From assembly GCA_964634395.1 (NCBI GenBank), contig CAZWJE010000004.1, forward strand, positions 24,733-88,732: a stretch of 64,000 bases of DNA, read 5' to 3'. Below the pieces are notes generated by a model. It was not told the origin of the DNA and ran no database searches. It worked only from the letters and a program-made list of their open reading frames with translations. Below are positions 10,102 to 19,722 of the stretch, piece after piece. The position numbers and the translations under genes were made by a program. Numbering within the stretch: the stretch's first letter is position 1; each line of letters opens with the position of its first letter. This DNA is from an uncultured Gemmatimonas sp. GTDB lineage: Bacteria > Gemmatimonadota > Gemmatimonadetes > Longimicrobiales > Longimicrobiaceae.

Positions 10102-12305
10102 TGGACCGTGCACCGAGAACACCGGCGGTCCGCCGGAACGCGGTCGACCCGTGCGTCGAGGGTGGAGCTCGGACCGGCCGGAGGCGGTCCTCCCGAGGAC
10201 GGAGCGTCGTCATCCTGGCGCTGGCCCTGGCGGCCGGCATGGTGACATCCGCGCCGGCGCTTGCGCGCCAGGGCGCGGCCCTCTCCGGCCGGGTGGTGGA
10301 CGCGAGTACGGGCGCGCCGGTGCGGGGTGCCGTCGTGGTGCTCGAGGGTGCATCGGAAGGAGGACAGGTCACCGACGACGAGGGTCGCTGGCGTCTTTCC
10401 GCGGTGACTTCGGGGGCGGCGACGGTGCTCGTGTCACATATCGGCTACGCGCCCTGGCGTGGCACAGTCACGGGTGCCGACCAGACGATCCGCCTGACCC
10501 CCCGTGTCGTCGCGCTCGATGAGGTGGTGATCACGGCCGCGCGGCGGTTGCAGCGGCTCGCGGACGTGGCCATCGCCACCGAAGTGATCTCTCGTCGGGA
10601 GATCGAACACTCCGGCACCTCCGATCTTTCCCGCGTGCTGATCGAACGCCTCGGTATCCAGGTGGAAGGCGGGGTCGGCTCGGGCGAGGGCGTCATGATC
10701 CAGGGTCTGGGTTCGCAACGCGTGCTGATCCTCCTCGACGGCCAGCCCGTGGTCGGCCGGGTCGACGGGATGCTGGACGTTTCCCGGCTCCCGGTTTCCT
10801 CCGTCGAGCGCATCGAAGTGATGAAGGGGCCTCAGTCCTCGCTGTACGGGACCGACGCGATTGGCGGCGTGGTGAACATCGTGACGCGCGGGCTCGATGG
10901 TCCTCGCTGGCGAGGCGGAGTGGAATTGACGGCCGGCACCGAAGGACGGCTGGACGGGACTGTTTCCCTCGGGGGCAGCCGCGACGAAGTGGGTTATCTG
11001 GTCACCCTGGGTCGACGGGCGACGGATCTCACGCCCGGTCGCTCAGCGACCGCGGGTGCTCTGGCGGAACGCTGGGATGGAATGTTGAAGGCCGACTGGC
11101 GAGCGTCGCCGTCGGTGACGGTGCACGCGAGCGGTCTCTGGGTCGATGACCTGCAACGCTGGCGGACAGGGCCCCTGTACAACTTTTCCGAGGGCGACCA
11201 GTGGATGGGCCGACTCGGCGCCGATGTGACGATCGGCGAAACCCGACTCGCGCCGACGCTCTATTTTTCGGAGTTCGCCCGCCTCTACCGTCAGTCCATC
11301 ACTCCCGACCCCGTCGCGGATTCCGGCAACCACGAACTCCAGCGACTGATCGAGGGAGAACTTCTCTACAACGGGACCGTTCAGGGACTGGCCGTGGATG
11401 GTGGCGTTGAGGGTCGTCGTGAGTATATCGAGTCGGAGCGGATCCTGACGCACGAGCGCGCGCTGCATACGCTGGAACCGTTCGCGCAGGTGACGATCGG
11501 TGGCGACCGGCTTCAACTGGTTCCCGGCGCACGGCTCGTGTGGAGCGAGCAGTGGGGAACGCATTTCACGCCCCGGCTGGCCGCGTTCTATCGTCCGGTG
11601 GAGTCCGTGGCGATCCGGGCGGCGGCGGGTCTGGGATACCGGGCGCCGGACTTCAAGGAACTAGGGATGTCGTTCCTGAACGTCGGTGCCGGAATCGGCT
11701 ACGAAGTGCGCGGAAACCCGAACCTCCTGCCGGAGAACTCGGAGAATCTCACGCTCAGCGTCGAATGGGGTGGCGCCACCCGCTATCTGCGGGTGCAGGG
11801 GTTCCACAACCAGTTCGATGATTTCATCCAGAACGTGCTCGCCGGCGATTCCGCCGGCCTTCAGATCTACAGCTACGGAAACGTCGAGCGCGGGTACACT
11901 CGTGGGCTGGAGACGGAGGTGGGGCTCACCCATGGTGGCCTGAGAGTGGAGGGCGGCTACTCCTGGTTGCGCGCGCATGACCGCGATCTCGACCGGCCGC
12001 TTCTGGGACGGCCCGCGCGTTCGGGGCGGCTGATGGTGGAACATCCGCTGCCACTGTCGAGCCGTCTGGCGTTCACGGCGAGTTACACCGGCACCACCCC
12101 CATGGAACACGGAGAGACCGGGGATCGGTATCGCCCGGCTTTCACGCGGTTGGACCTGCGCCTCTCGAGCACTCTACCGCGGGGAGTCCGGATATCGGCG
12201 GGCGTCCACAACCTCCTCGACGAGGTTCCCGAGGAATGGCCGGGCTACGGCCGTCGGCAGCTGTACCTGGGTCTCAACTGGAGTCTGCCCGAGGGCGCCT
12301 TCTGA
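10101..12305 (+). CDS. TonB-dependent receptor with N-terminal carboxypeptidase-regulatory-like domain
   Basis: Signal peptide, then GRVVDASTGAPVRGAVVVLEG (CarbopepD_reg-like), then a plug region (DEVVITAAR...SGTSDLSRVL, IEVMKGPQSSLYGTDAIGGVVNIVTR) and a long beta-barrel ending in an aromatic residue. Confidence 0.85.
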   Translation: MDRAPRTPAVRRNAVDPCVEGGARTGRRRSSRGRSVVILALALAAGMVTSAPALARQGAALSGRVVDASTGAPVRGAVVVLEGASEGGQVTDDEGRWRLSAVTSGAATVLVSHIGYAPWRGTVTGADQTIRLTPRVVALDEVVITAARRLQRLADVAIATEVISRREIEHSGTSDLSRVLIERLGIQVEGGVGSGEGVMIQGLGSQRVLILLDGQPVVGRVDGMLDVSRLPVSSVERIEVMKGPQSSLYGTDAIGGVVNIVTRGLDGPRWRGGVELTAGTEGRLDGTVSLGGSRDEVGYLVTLGRRATDLTPGRSATAGALAERWDGMLKADWRASPSVTVHASGLWVDDLQRWRTGPLYNFSEGDQWMGRLGADVTIGETRLAPTLYFSEFARLYRQSITPDPVADSGNHELQRLIEGELLYNGTVQGLAVDGGVEGRREYIESERILTHERALHTLEPFAQVTIGGDRLQLVPGARLVWSEQWGTHFTPRLAAFYRPVESVAIRAAAGLGYRAPDFKELGMSFLNVGAGIGYEVRGNPNLLPENSENLTLSVEWGGATRYLRVQGFHNQFDDFIQNVLAGDSAGLQIYSYGNVERGYTRGLETEVGLTHGGLRVEGGYSWLRAHDRDLDRPLLGRPARSGRLMVEHPLPLSSRLAFTASYTGTTPMEHGETGDRYRPAFTRLDLRLSSTLPRGVRISAGVHNLLDEVPEEWPGYGRRQLYLGLNWSLPEGAF

Positions 12306-12342
12306 CGGAGGGGGGAGGCGGCGCGGCCCCCCTCTTCGTCCC

Positions 12343-12483
12343 TCAGTGATCCGAACAGCCGCACGATGACCCACAGCCGTTCTCCCGGCTGGATCGCGCG
12401 GCTTTCACCTTTCGGGCCAGGTCGACGCCGAGGTAACACACGGCACCCACGATGATCGTCGCGACGGCCAACGTCTCGAACAT
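12343..12483 (-). CDS. FeoB-associated Cys-rich membrane protein (46 aa)
   Basis: MFETLAVATIIVGAVCYLGVDLARKVKAARSSRENGCGSSCGCSDH. RBS AAGGGGA is 7 nt upstream. It sits immediately downstream of feoB. The 105-aa ORF in the track is an upstream extension. Confidence 0.6.
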   Translation of the reverse strand: MFETLAVATIIVGAVCYLGVDLARKVKAARSSRENGCGSSCGCSDH

Positions 12484-12503
12484 GATTGGTTCCCCTTTCG
12501 TGG

Positions 12504-14681
12504 TCAGCCCGCGAAGCCCAGGAAGAGACCGCCGCGGTAGACCACGAAAGCGGCGACGTAGGCCAGGACGAACATCCACAGAAACTGAAACACCGCCCAC
12601 TTCGCGCCGGTCCATCCACCGCCCGTTTCCCGCACGACGACGGCGTTCGTGCTCACGCACATCATCGCGAACACATAGAAGACCATCAGCGCGACCGCGA
12701 TCAACGGCGTATAGGCGGGAGCGCCGTCCGGTCCGACCTCCTGGACGAGCCTTTCCCGCAGCGCGACCGAGGTCTCATCGGCCTCATTGCCCACGCCATA
12801 GATGGTGCCCATCGTGGCGACGAACACCTCACGCGCGGCGAACGAGCTGATGATCGAGACGCCGATCTTCCAATCGAACCCGAGCGGGGCCACGACAGGC
12901 TCCACGGCGTGACCCGCCCGACCCAGGAAGCTGCCGGCGAGCTGCGCCTCCTGAGCGAGTTCAGGTGTCAACGTCGCCGACGAATCGAGCCGGGGATAGG
13001 TCGCGAGCGCCCATAGCACGATCGTCAGGGCGAAGATGATCGTGCCCGCGCGCCGCAGAAAGATCCCCGCGCGCTGCATCACCGCGAGCGCGAGACTCCG
13101 AGGATTCGGAAAACGGTAGGGTGGCAGTTCCATGATCATCGGCTGCGAAGGCCCCTTCAAGAGCGTCTTCTTGAAGATCCCCGCGATCACGAGCGCCGCC
13201 GCCGTCCCGAGGAAATACATCGTCAGCAGGGTGAGTCCCCGCAGATTGAAGAAACCGGCCACCGTCGTCGCCGGAATGAATGTGCCGATCAACAACGTGT
13301 ACACGGGAAGGCGCGCCGAGCAGCTCATCAGCGGCACGACCATGATCGTCGCCAGCCGGTCCTGCGGGTTGTCGATCGTTCGCGCGGCCATGATCCCCGG
13401 AACGGCGCACGCGTATCCCGAAAGCATCGGGATGAAGCTCCGTCCATGCAGCCCGACGCCCCTCATGAAGCGATCCATGATGAACGCCGCCCGCGCCATG
13501 TAGCCCGTCGCCTCCAGAATCCCGATGAAGGCGAAAAGGATGACGATCTGCGGAAGGAAGACGACGACGGATCCGACACCCGCGATCACGCCGTCAACGA
13601 GGAGACTGCGCAGCTGGCCCTCGGGGAGCGTCGCTCTGACCGCGCTCGCGACGCCTCCGATCAACCCTTCCACGCCGGTCATGAGCGGCTCGGCCCAGGT
13701 GAAGATCGACTGGAATACGACCGCCATCAGCGCGAGGAAGATGAGCGGCCCGAAGACGCGATGGAGAAGGATCGCGTCGACCCGGTCGGTGAGCGTCTTC
13801 CCTCCGCCTCCGATGCGGTGCACGGTCTCGTCCATGACCTCCGCGATCCAGCCATAGCGGAGCTCCGCCTCCACCGCCCGCGTGTGGTACCCCTCGCCGC
13901 GAAGGGCCTCACGCGCTCGCTCCACCACCTCCTCCAGACCCTTCACCCCGCCCAGATGCCGGGACGGGGCGACTGACAGGAGCCGCAGCGCTTCCATCCC
14001 CGCCGCCGGTCCGGTGATCCCGCCACGGGCGAGCACTTCCTCCACCGGAGCGAGCGCTCGCGCGATCGCCTCCGGCAGGGCGAATCGTCGCGCCGGCGCG
14101 GGCAGCCCAGGCGCTCGTTCAATCGCGCGACGGAGCACGTCGATCCCCGTTCCGCGGGTAGCCACGGTGGCGACGACCTGCGCGCCCAGCCGCATCGCCA
14201 GCTCCACCGCGTCGATCCGCACGCCCGCCGTCTCCGCCGCGTCGACCTGGTTCAGCGCCACCACCACCGGCAGCCCCAGCTCCAGCACCTGACTGGTCAG
14301 GAAGAGGTTGCGCTCCAGATTCGACGCGTCGACCACCAGGACCACGACATCCGGCGCCGGCATGGACGGCGTCAGGCCCAGCAGAACCTCCAGCGCGATC
14401 TCCTCGTCCGGCGAGGTCGCCGACAGGCTGTACGCGCCGGGCAGGTCGAGCACGGAGACGTCCACGCCGCTCTCGCTCCGATACCGACCCTCGATCCGCT
14501 CCACGGTCACGCCCGCGTAGTTGCCCACTCGCTGGCGCATTCCCGTAAGCGCGTTGAACAGAGTGCTCTTTCCCGTGTTCGGATTGCCGATGAGGGCGAT
14601 CCGCATGGTTCGCGAAGCGTCGGGTGACGCGGATCGGGACGGGCCGACGGGGCCGGTCGTGGCGACGCCAGGGGCGGCCAT
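12504..14681 (-). CDS. feoB: Ferrous iron transporter B
   Basis: G-protein domain IALIGNPNTGKSTLFNALTG followed by a polytopic membrane domain. AAGGA sits 7 nt upstream of the ATG at 14681. Confidence 0.9.
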   Translation of the reverse strand: MAAPGVATTGPVGPSRSASPDASRTMRIALIGNPNTGKSTLFNALTGMRQRVGNYAGVTVERIEGRYRSESGVDVSVLDLPGAYSLSATSPDEEIALEVLLGLTPSMPAPDVVVLVVDASNLERNLFLTSQVLELGLPVVVALNQVDAAETAGVRIDAVELAMRLGAQVVATVATRGTGIDVLRRAIERAPGLPAPARRFALPEAIARALAPVEEVLARGGITGPAAGMEALRLLSVAPSRHLGGVKGLEEVVERAREALRGEGYHTRAVEAELRYGWIAEVMDETVHRIGGGGKTLTDRVDAILLHRVFGPLIFLALMAVVFQSIFTWAEPLMTGVEGLIGGVASAVRATLPEGQLRSLLVDGVIAGVGSVVVFLPQIVILFAFIGILEATGYMARAAFIMDRFMRGVGLHGRSFIPMLSGYACAVPGIMAARTIDNPQDRLATIMVVPLMSCSARLPVYTLLIGTFIPATTVAGFFNLRGLTLLTMYFLGTAAALVIAGIFKKTLLKGPSQPMIMELPPYRFPNPRSLALAVMQRAGIFLRRAGTIIFALTIVLWALATYPRLDSSATLTPELAQEAQLAGSFLGRAGHAVEPVVAPLGFDWKIGVSIISSFAAREVFVATMGTIYGVGNEADETSVALRERLVQEVGPDGAPAYTPLIAVALMVFYVFAMMCVSTNAVVVRETGGGWTGAKWAVFQFLWMFVLAYVAAFVVYRGGLFLGFAG

Positions 14682-14783
14682 CAGGTGGTCCTTCGCGGCA
14701 TGCCGATTCCGGCGCGGGGATGTGTGGAGGTGACGGGATCACCGATCATGGCGGGACGGGGATGGGGAAGACAAAGTCGGTTG

Positions 14784-14800
14784 AGAATGAATTTCATCCA
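14784..14800. promoter_or_regulatory. AGAATGA-ATT-TCATCCA operator-like palindrome ~100 bp upstream of feoB
   Basis: cggTTGAGAATGAATTTCATccaatcataaattt. It shares TTGAGAATGA[A/G]TTTCAT with the 8116 site and lies in a 320-bp feoA-feoB gap. Confidence 0.35.
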
Positions 14801-15003
14801 ATCATAAATTTCGCGGGCCGACTTCACAAGCGGGAGGCCTGGTTGACGCCCGCCGATCGCGCGTCCCGGGTCACGGCGCGGTCGGTGCCTCGCGGATGGC
14901 GTTGACGCGGTGTCGGGTAGGGAAGGAGAGGCCGTTCCGGGCGGCCCCCCGGGGGGCGCGACGCTGGCGCGGACGGGGGAGGGGGGACGGACGTCGCCCG
15001 GAT

Positions 15004-15243
15004 TCAGCGCAACAGCACCTGCTCGGCTTCCGCGCGACGAAGCGTGAGCATGAAGCCGCGGAGGGTGATCTCGATCGGGTCGCCGAGCGGAGCGACCCGG
15101 ATCATGCGGATCGACGTGCCGCGGATCAGCCCGAGGTCCATCAATCGACTCGTGACCGAAGATTCGCCGAGCACCGATACGATCGTGCCCGTTTCGCCGG
15201 GGCGGAGTTCCAGGAGTGTTCTGGGCATCGAGGGAGAACTCAA
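15004..15243 (-). CDS. feoA: Ferrous iron transport protein A
   Basis: FeoA SH3-like domain: LRPGETGTIVSVLGESSVTSRLMDLGLIRGTSIRMIRVAPLGDPIEITLRGFMLTLRRAEAEQVLL. Confidence 0.75.
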   Translation of the reverse strand: MSSPSMPRTLLELRPGETGTIVSVLGESSVTSRLMDLGLIRGTSIRMIRVAPLGDPIEITLRGFMLTLRRAEAEQVLLR

Positions 15244-15527
15244 CCGTCGAGGGGAAGGACCGTGATCGCGTTCGCCAGCGCGGCCCCAAGGGCCAGACGG
15301 GAGCCGGCGACCTCGAGCAGGAGCCCACTCCGCCGATCGACGACGATCACGCAGCTGCCTTCAAAGAGCCCGAGGTTCCGTAGCCGGCTGGCCTCCCGTT
15401 CCTCACACTCCATCCGGAGTACCGCGGCGCGACATCCGGACGCGCATTCCGCGAGGGGACACCCCGCGCGCGACCCGGCCGCGGGCGTCGGTATCGAGGC
15501 GCGGGATTTCCACCAGGAGAGCGCCAT
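15240..15527 (-). CDS. Second FeoA-domain protein
   Basis: LAECASGCRAAVLRMECEEREASRLRNLGLFEGSCVIVVDRRSGLLLEVAGSRLALGAALANAITVLPL. The ATG at 15525-15527 is chosen as start; a GTG at 15602 is an alternative. Confidence 0.55.
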   Translation of the reverse strand: MALSWWKSRASIPTPAAGSRAGCPLAECASGCRAAVLRMECEEREASRLRNLGLFEGSCVIVVDRRSGLLLEVAGSRLALGAALANAITVLPLDG

Positions 15528-15927
15528 GTCGAGGTACGAGCGGGAGACGCGGATGATGAGAACGATTCTCAGCGAATGATGGTGGTGGCGACCCGAAAAC
15601 ACAAGTGTCGGGGGCGGGAAGACCGGGGGGTTGGCGGGCTCCTTCGTCGGGTCGCGAAGAGCTTGGGATCATTGACTTTTCGCGTTCCTGACCGTAGAGT
15701 TCGAGCAGTTCGGGGCGCGGCGGGAAGTCCCATTTTTGAGCCAACAGTTTTGAAGCCGGGGCCAACTTTAACGGTAGACGTCACGCCCCCTCGGGGAAGG
15801 CGGAAACTGCTGGGAAGCCACCATCCGTATCGTACAGGCTTCAGAAATCCTTGCCGGCGCGCCCTACGCCCGGGTCGGTCTCTCGCGGGAGGCCGGCCCT
15901 TTTTTTCATCGTCATGAGGGGGAGGTC

Positions 15928-16344
15928 GTGATGCCAACGGTGCGCGTCACGCGGCGACTCCATTTCTCGGCGGCGCACCGGCTGAACAGCGACCGCCTCT
16001 CGCCCGAAGAGAACACCGCGTTCTACGGACTATGCAACAGCCCGAACTATCACGGTCACAACTATGAACTCGAGGTGACCGTCGAGGGGCGGATCGACCC
16101 GGATACCGGGTACGTGATGGATCTGGGCAGGCTGAAGGCGATCGCGGAGGAGGTGGTGATCACGGATCTCGATCACCGGAACCTCAACCTGGACGTGGAG
16201 TGGCTGGAGGGGGTGATCCCGTCCGCCGAGAACCTGGTCGTGCGCATCTGGGAACGGCTCGCGGGACGGATCCCCGGTGGGCGCCTGGTTAAACTCATCC
16301 TCTGGGAGACGCCGCGAAATTACGCGGAATATACGGGAGACTGA
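15928..16344 (+). CDS. 6-pyruvoyl-tetrahydropterin synthase family (PTPS/QueD-like)
   Basis: Cys-x-x-x-HGH motif ([15 protein letters not shown]) and the catalytic-His region. Confidence 0.8.
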   Translation: MMPTVRVTRRLHFSAAHRLNSDRLSPEENTAFYGLCNSPNYHGHNYELEVTVEGRIDPDTGYVMDLGRLKAIAEEVVITDLDHRNLNLDVEWLEGVIPSAENLVVRIWERLAGRIPGGRLVKLILWETPRNYAEYTGD

Positions 16345-16349
16345 CAGAC

Positions 16350-16964
16350 ATGAGTGGAGTCGCGACCGAGGGGAGAAGTGGCGCCGTCGATGGCGGGAGT
16401 CCGTCATTCATGGCGCTCGTCGCGGAACAGATACGCCAGTTGGGTGAGGATCCGGCGCGACCGGGGCTGATCCGCACGCCGGAGCGCGTGGAGAAGAGTC
16501 TGCGCTGGTTGACGCGCGGGTACGAGATGTCCGTCCATGAAGTCGTGGGGAACGCGATCTTCGACGAGGATCACCACAACCTGGTGATGGTGAAGGACAT
16601 CGAGATGTATTCGCTGTGCGAGCATCATCTGCTGCCTTTCTTCGGAAAGGTGCACATCGGGTACATTCCGAACGGCAGAATCGTCGGGTTGAGCAAGTTG
16701 CCGCGGGTGGTGGAGGTCTTCGCGCGACGTCTGCAGGTTCAGGAACGATTGACGGAGCAGATCGCGGGTGCCCTGATGGACGTCCTCGACCCGCAGGGAG
16801 TGGCGGTCGTCGTCGAGGCGGCGCACCTCTGCATGATGATGCGTGGCGTGGAGAAGCAGAACTCGAAGACGATCACCAGCGCCATGCGGGGCGTGTTCAT
16901 GGAGGACCTCGGGACCCGGGAGGAGTTTCTTCGGCTCTGCATGGTCCACAGCGTGATGGGATGA
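16350..16964 (+). CDS. folE: GTP cyclohydrolase I
   Basis: [18 protein letters not shown]...[15 protein letters not shown], typical of FolE type I. Confidence 0.9.
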   Translation: MSGVATEGRSGAVDGGSPSFMALVAEQIRQLGEDPARPGLIRTPERVEKSLRWLTRGYEMSVHEVVGNAIFDEDHHNLVMVKDIEMYSLCEHHLLPFFGKVHIGYIPNGRIVGLSKLPRVVEVFARRLQVQERLTEQIAGALMDVLDPQGVAVVVEAAHLCMMMRGVEKQNSKTITSAMRGVFMEDLGTREEFLRLCMVHSVMG

Positions 16965-17683
16965 ACGTACGAGCATTGGCGGGCCGGGTCGCTTTCGTGA
17001 CCGGCGCGTCGAAGGGGATCGGACGGGCGATCGCGACCGCGCTCGCGGACGCCGGGGCGACCGTGGTGGTTACCGCTCGTTCGACGGATGCGCTCGAGGC
17101 GGTTGCCCGGGAGATCGGTGGACACGCGATCCCGGCGGACGTCGGGTCGGTCGAGGATGTGGAATCACTCCCCTTTCGCGTGGCGGAAGTCGCCGGCGCG
17201 GCTCCGGACATCCTGGTGAACGCCGCCGGCGCCTTCGCGCTATCACCCTTCGCCGACACGGATCCCGTCGTCTTCGAGCGCCTGGTCCGCGTCAACCTCA
17301 TGGGGCCGTTCCTCGTCATACGCGGTTTCCTCGGGACGATGATCGAGCGCGGCGCGGGGCACATCGTCACCATCGGATCGGTCGCCGGCCGGCATCCGCT
17401 CGCGGGGAACGCCGCGTACTCCGCGTCCAAGTTCGGGTTGCGAGGCATGCATGAGGTGCTCGCCCTGGAACTGCGAGGGACCGGGGTCAGGGCTGCGCTG
17501 ATCGAGCCCGCCGCGACGGACACGTCCCTCTGGGATCCGTTCAACCCCGATGCCCGCGCCGACCTGCCCTCCCGCGACCGGATGTTGCGGCCGGAGGAGG
17601 TCGCCTCCGCGATCCGTTTCGTCCTCGAACAGCCCCCGGGCGTCGAGGTCAGTGACCTGGCTATCCGGGCGGCGAGAGGGTAG
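16961..17683 (+). CDS. SDR-family oxidoreductase
   Basis: Starts at the ATG overlapping the folE stop (ATGA). [16 protein letters not shown] (TGxxxGxG), NAAG, and YSASK (YxxxK). The 355-aa ORF in the track is an out-of-context upstream extension. Confidence 0.8.
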   Translation: MNVRALAGRVAFVTGASKGIGRAIATALADAGATVVVTARSTDALEAVAREIGGHAIPADVGSVEDVESLPFRVAEVAGAAPDILVNAAGAFALSPFADTDPVVFERLVRVNLMGPFLVIRGFLGTMIERGAGHIVTIGSVAGRHPLAGNAAYSASKFGLRGMHEVLALELRGTGVRAALIEPAATDTSLWDPFNPDARADLPSRDRMLRPEEVASAIRFVLEQPPGVEVSDLAIRAARG

Positions 17684-17756
17684 TTGCCGCCGAGCCGCCG
17701 CCAGCGACATTTTTCCGGTTCCCTGGATCGGACCGACCAACATCGAGCGCTAACGC

Positions 17757-18137
17757 ATGTTCATCATCAATGTGAAGTCGCATTACGACGCCGCGCACTT
17801 CATTCGGGAGTACAACGGGAAGTGCGAGAACCTCCACGGCCACCGCTATGAAGTCGAGGTGGCGCTCGCGTTCGACGACGTGGGGACCGGAGGCATGGCC
17901 TATGACTTCACGGAGGCGAAGCGACATCTGCGGGCCATCACCGACGAACTCGACCATCAGAACCTGAATGACCTCCCGGCGTTCGCGGAGATCGAAACGA
18001 GTTCCGAGAACCAGGCGCGCCACATCTTCATGGAGATGAAGAAGCGTCTCGATGACGTCGGTGAGAACCTCCTCTACGTGAGAGTCTGGGAGACACCGAA
18101 CCAGTGGGCGCAGTACTCCGAGCGCCTGATCTTCTGA
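17757..18137 (+). CDS. Second 6-pyruvoyl-tetrahydropterin synthase family protein (PTPS/QueD paralog)
   Basis: CENLHGHRYEVEV motif, 126 aa. Confidence 0.75.
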   Translation: MFIINVKSHYDAAHFIREYNGKCENLHGHRYEVEVALAFDDVGTGGMAYDFTEAKRHLRAITDELDHQNLNDLPAFAEIETSSENQARHIFMEMKKRLDDVGENLLYVRVWETPNQWAQYSERLIF

Positions 18138-18140
18138 CGG

Positions 18141-18797
18141 TTGCACATTCTTCTGACGGACATCGTGGCGTGCCCGCGGTGCGGGCCGGAGCATGGCCTC
18201 ATCGTTCTCGCCGATCGGCTCGAAGATCGCCGCGTGGCGAGTGGCATGCTGGGATGCGCCAACTGCCGGACGAGCTACTCGATCGAGGATGGGGTGGTCG
18301 ACCTTCGGGTCGACACCGGCGACCCGCTTCCGCTCACCGGCGGAACGGCGGAGTCCGATCCCGATCCCGATTACGCGTTGCGCGTGGCCGCGTTGCTGGG
18401 CGTCCAGCCGCCGGGCGCCTGGGTCGGAGTCATCGAAGCTGACGGCGCGGTCTCGCCCGCCGTCTCGAGACTCCTCACGGAGGCGCGTTTCATTTCCATT
18501 ACCCCCGGTCCGCCCGGGGCCGCGCAAGCGAACGATCGTGACGGCGACGAAGGGGTGAGTCGGGTGATCGCGGGCGGCCGGCTTCCCTTTCGCCCGTGGG
18601 TGTTACGGGCCGCGGCGGTGCTCGGAAGACCGGGTCCGGAACTCCTGGCGGGGCTGGAGCGGACGCTCGCTCCGGGGGGGCGGTTGGTCGTGGAGGGCGG
18701 TGGTGAGCGGATCGCCGAAACCCTCGGTGAACTGGGCTTCACCGTCCATTTGCGGCAGGGCGAAACGGTGGTTGCGGCCGCTTCGGGGCCCCGGTAA
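18141..18797 (+). CDS. Trm112-like zinc-finger domain protein (hypothetical)
   Basis: N-terminal CPRCG...CANC four-Cys motif. The remainder is unrecognised. Confidence 0.45.
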   Translation: MHILLTDIVACPRCGPEHGLIVLADRLEDRRVASGMLGCANCRTSYSIEDGVVDLRVDTGDPLPLTGGTAESDPDPDYALRVAALLGVQPPGAWVGVIEADGAVSPAVSRLLTEARFISITPGPPGAAQANDRDGDEGVSRVIAGGRLPFRPWVLRAAAVLGRPGPELLAGLERTLAPGGRLVVEGGGERIAETLGELGFTVHLRQGETVVAAASGPR

Positions 18798-18890
18798 GTT
18801 GCGTCGGAAGGACCATGAACCGGCCGCCGCGTTCCGGGGCACGCCGGCACCCGGCGACCTCTTTATTTCACCTCTCGAGATCATAGCCGA

Positions 18891-19364
18891 ATGGCCTGGT
18901 GGCGGAATCTGATCTCCGGTCGAACCGAGGACCCGTCAGGCGACACCGACTATTACCAGGAAGGCGTCGAACTCCTCCGCGAAGAGAAACACCACGAGGC
19001 GCTGACCTCGTTCCGGCTCGCCCTCCGCGAGAACCCCAACGATACGGACGTGCTGCAACAGGTCGCGGTGACCTACACGCATATCGGCATGACGGACGAG
19101 GCCGTTCGCACATACCGGCGGGTACTCGACCTCCGGCCGCGCGCGGCCGGCGCCCACTATGGTCTCGCGTTCCTGCTCCTCCAGCGAGGGAGCAGGGAGG
19201 ACGGGGTCGCCCATCTCAGGGCTTTTCTGGACGATCCGCCGGAGATCCCGGAGGCCAAGCGCCACGTGGATCATGCTCGCCGTACGCTCGACGACCTCGT
19301 CGCCGGGCAGCAACCTCCGGATGGAGACGGGGAATCGACCGACTCTTCGTTGAGTCATGGATGA
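18891..19364 (+). CDS. TPR-repeat protein
   Basis: Three TPR-like helices (ALTSFRLALRENPND, AVRTYRRVLDLRP, AHYGLAFLLLQRG). Confidence 0.6.
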   Translation: MAWWRNLISGRTEDPSGDTDYYQEGVELLREEKHHEALTSFRLALRENPNDTDVLQQVAVTYTHIGMTDEAVRTYRRVLDLRPRAAGAHYGLAFLLLQRGSREDGVAHLRAFLDDPPEIPEAKRHVDHARRTLDDLVAGQQPPDGDGESTDSSLSHG

Positions 19365-19722
19365 TCCCGACCCGCGAGCCGGGGCGCGGGGGCCGGCGGC
19401 GACCGAGCCCACGATCGTCCTGACCACTCTGCCGACCATGGAGGCCGGTGAGAGTCTCGTCCGTGCCCTTGTCGAGGAGGGGCTGATCGCCTGCGGCAAC
19501 CTGCTTCCGGGCGTGCGTTCGATCTATCGATGGGAGGGAAACGTGGTGGCGGAGGCGGAAGTGCTCGCGATACTCAAGACGGTGACCACTTCGGTAACAC
19601 CGGTGTTCGACCGGATCTCGCAATTGCATCCGTACTCGGTGCCGGAACTCGTCGAGCTGCGAACAGAGCACGTCGCGGCGAGTTATCGGGCCTGGGTACT
19701 GAGCGCTTCAGAGGGTGGATGA
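19357..19722 (+). CDS. cutA: Divalent-cation tolerance protein CutA
   Basis: IVLTTLPTMEAGESLVRALVEEGLIACGNLLPGVRSIYRWEGNV...HPYSVPELVEL aligns with the CutA1 family. Confidence 0.75.
   Translation: MDDPDPRAGARGPAATEPTIVLTTLPTMEAGESLVRALVEEGLIACGNLLPGVRSIYRWEGNVVAEAEVLAILKTVTTSVTPVFDRISQLHPYSVPELVELRTEHVAASYRAWVLSASEGG

Noticed and set aside
15880-15910. ggccggcc palindrome followed by a T-run, as a terminator
   Set aside because: It is a self-complementary 8-mer with no loop. It lies in the 5' region of the PTPS gene with no upstream co-directional gene to terminate. More likely part of that promoter or RBS region.
16404-16976. 190-aa His-rich minus-strand ORF
   Set aside because: Antisense to folE and compositionally biased; folE has unambiguous motifs.
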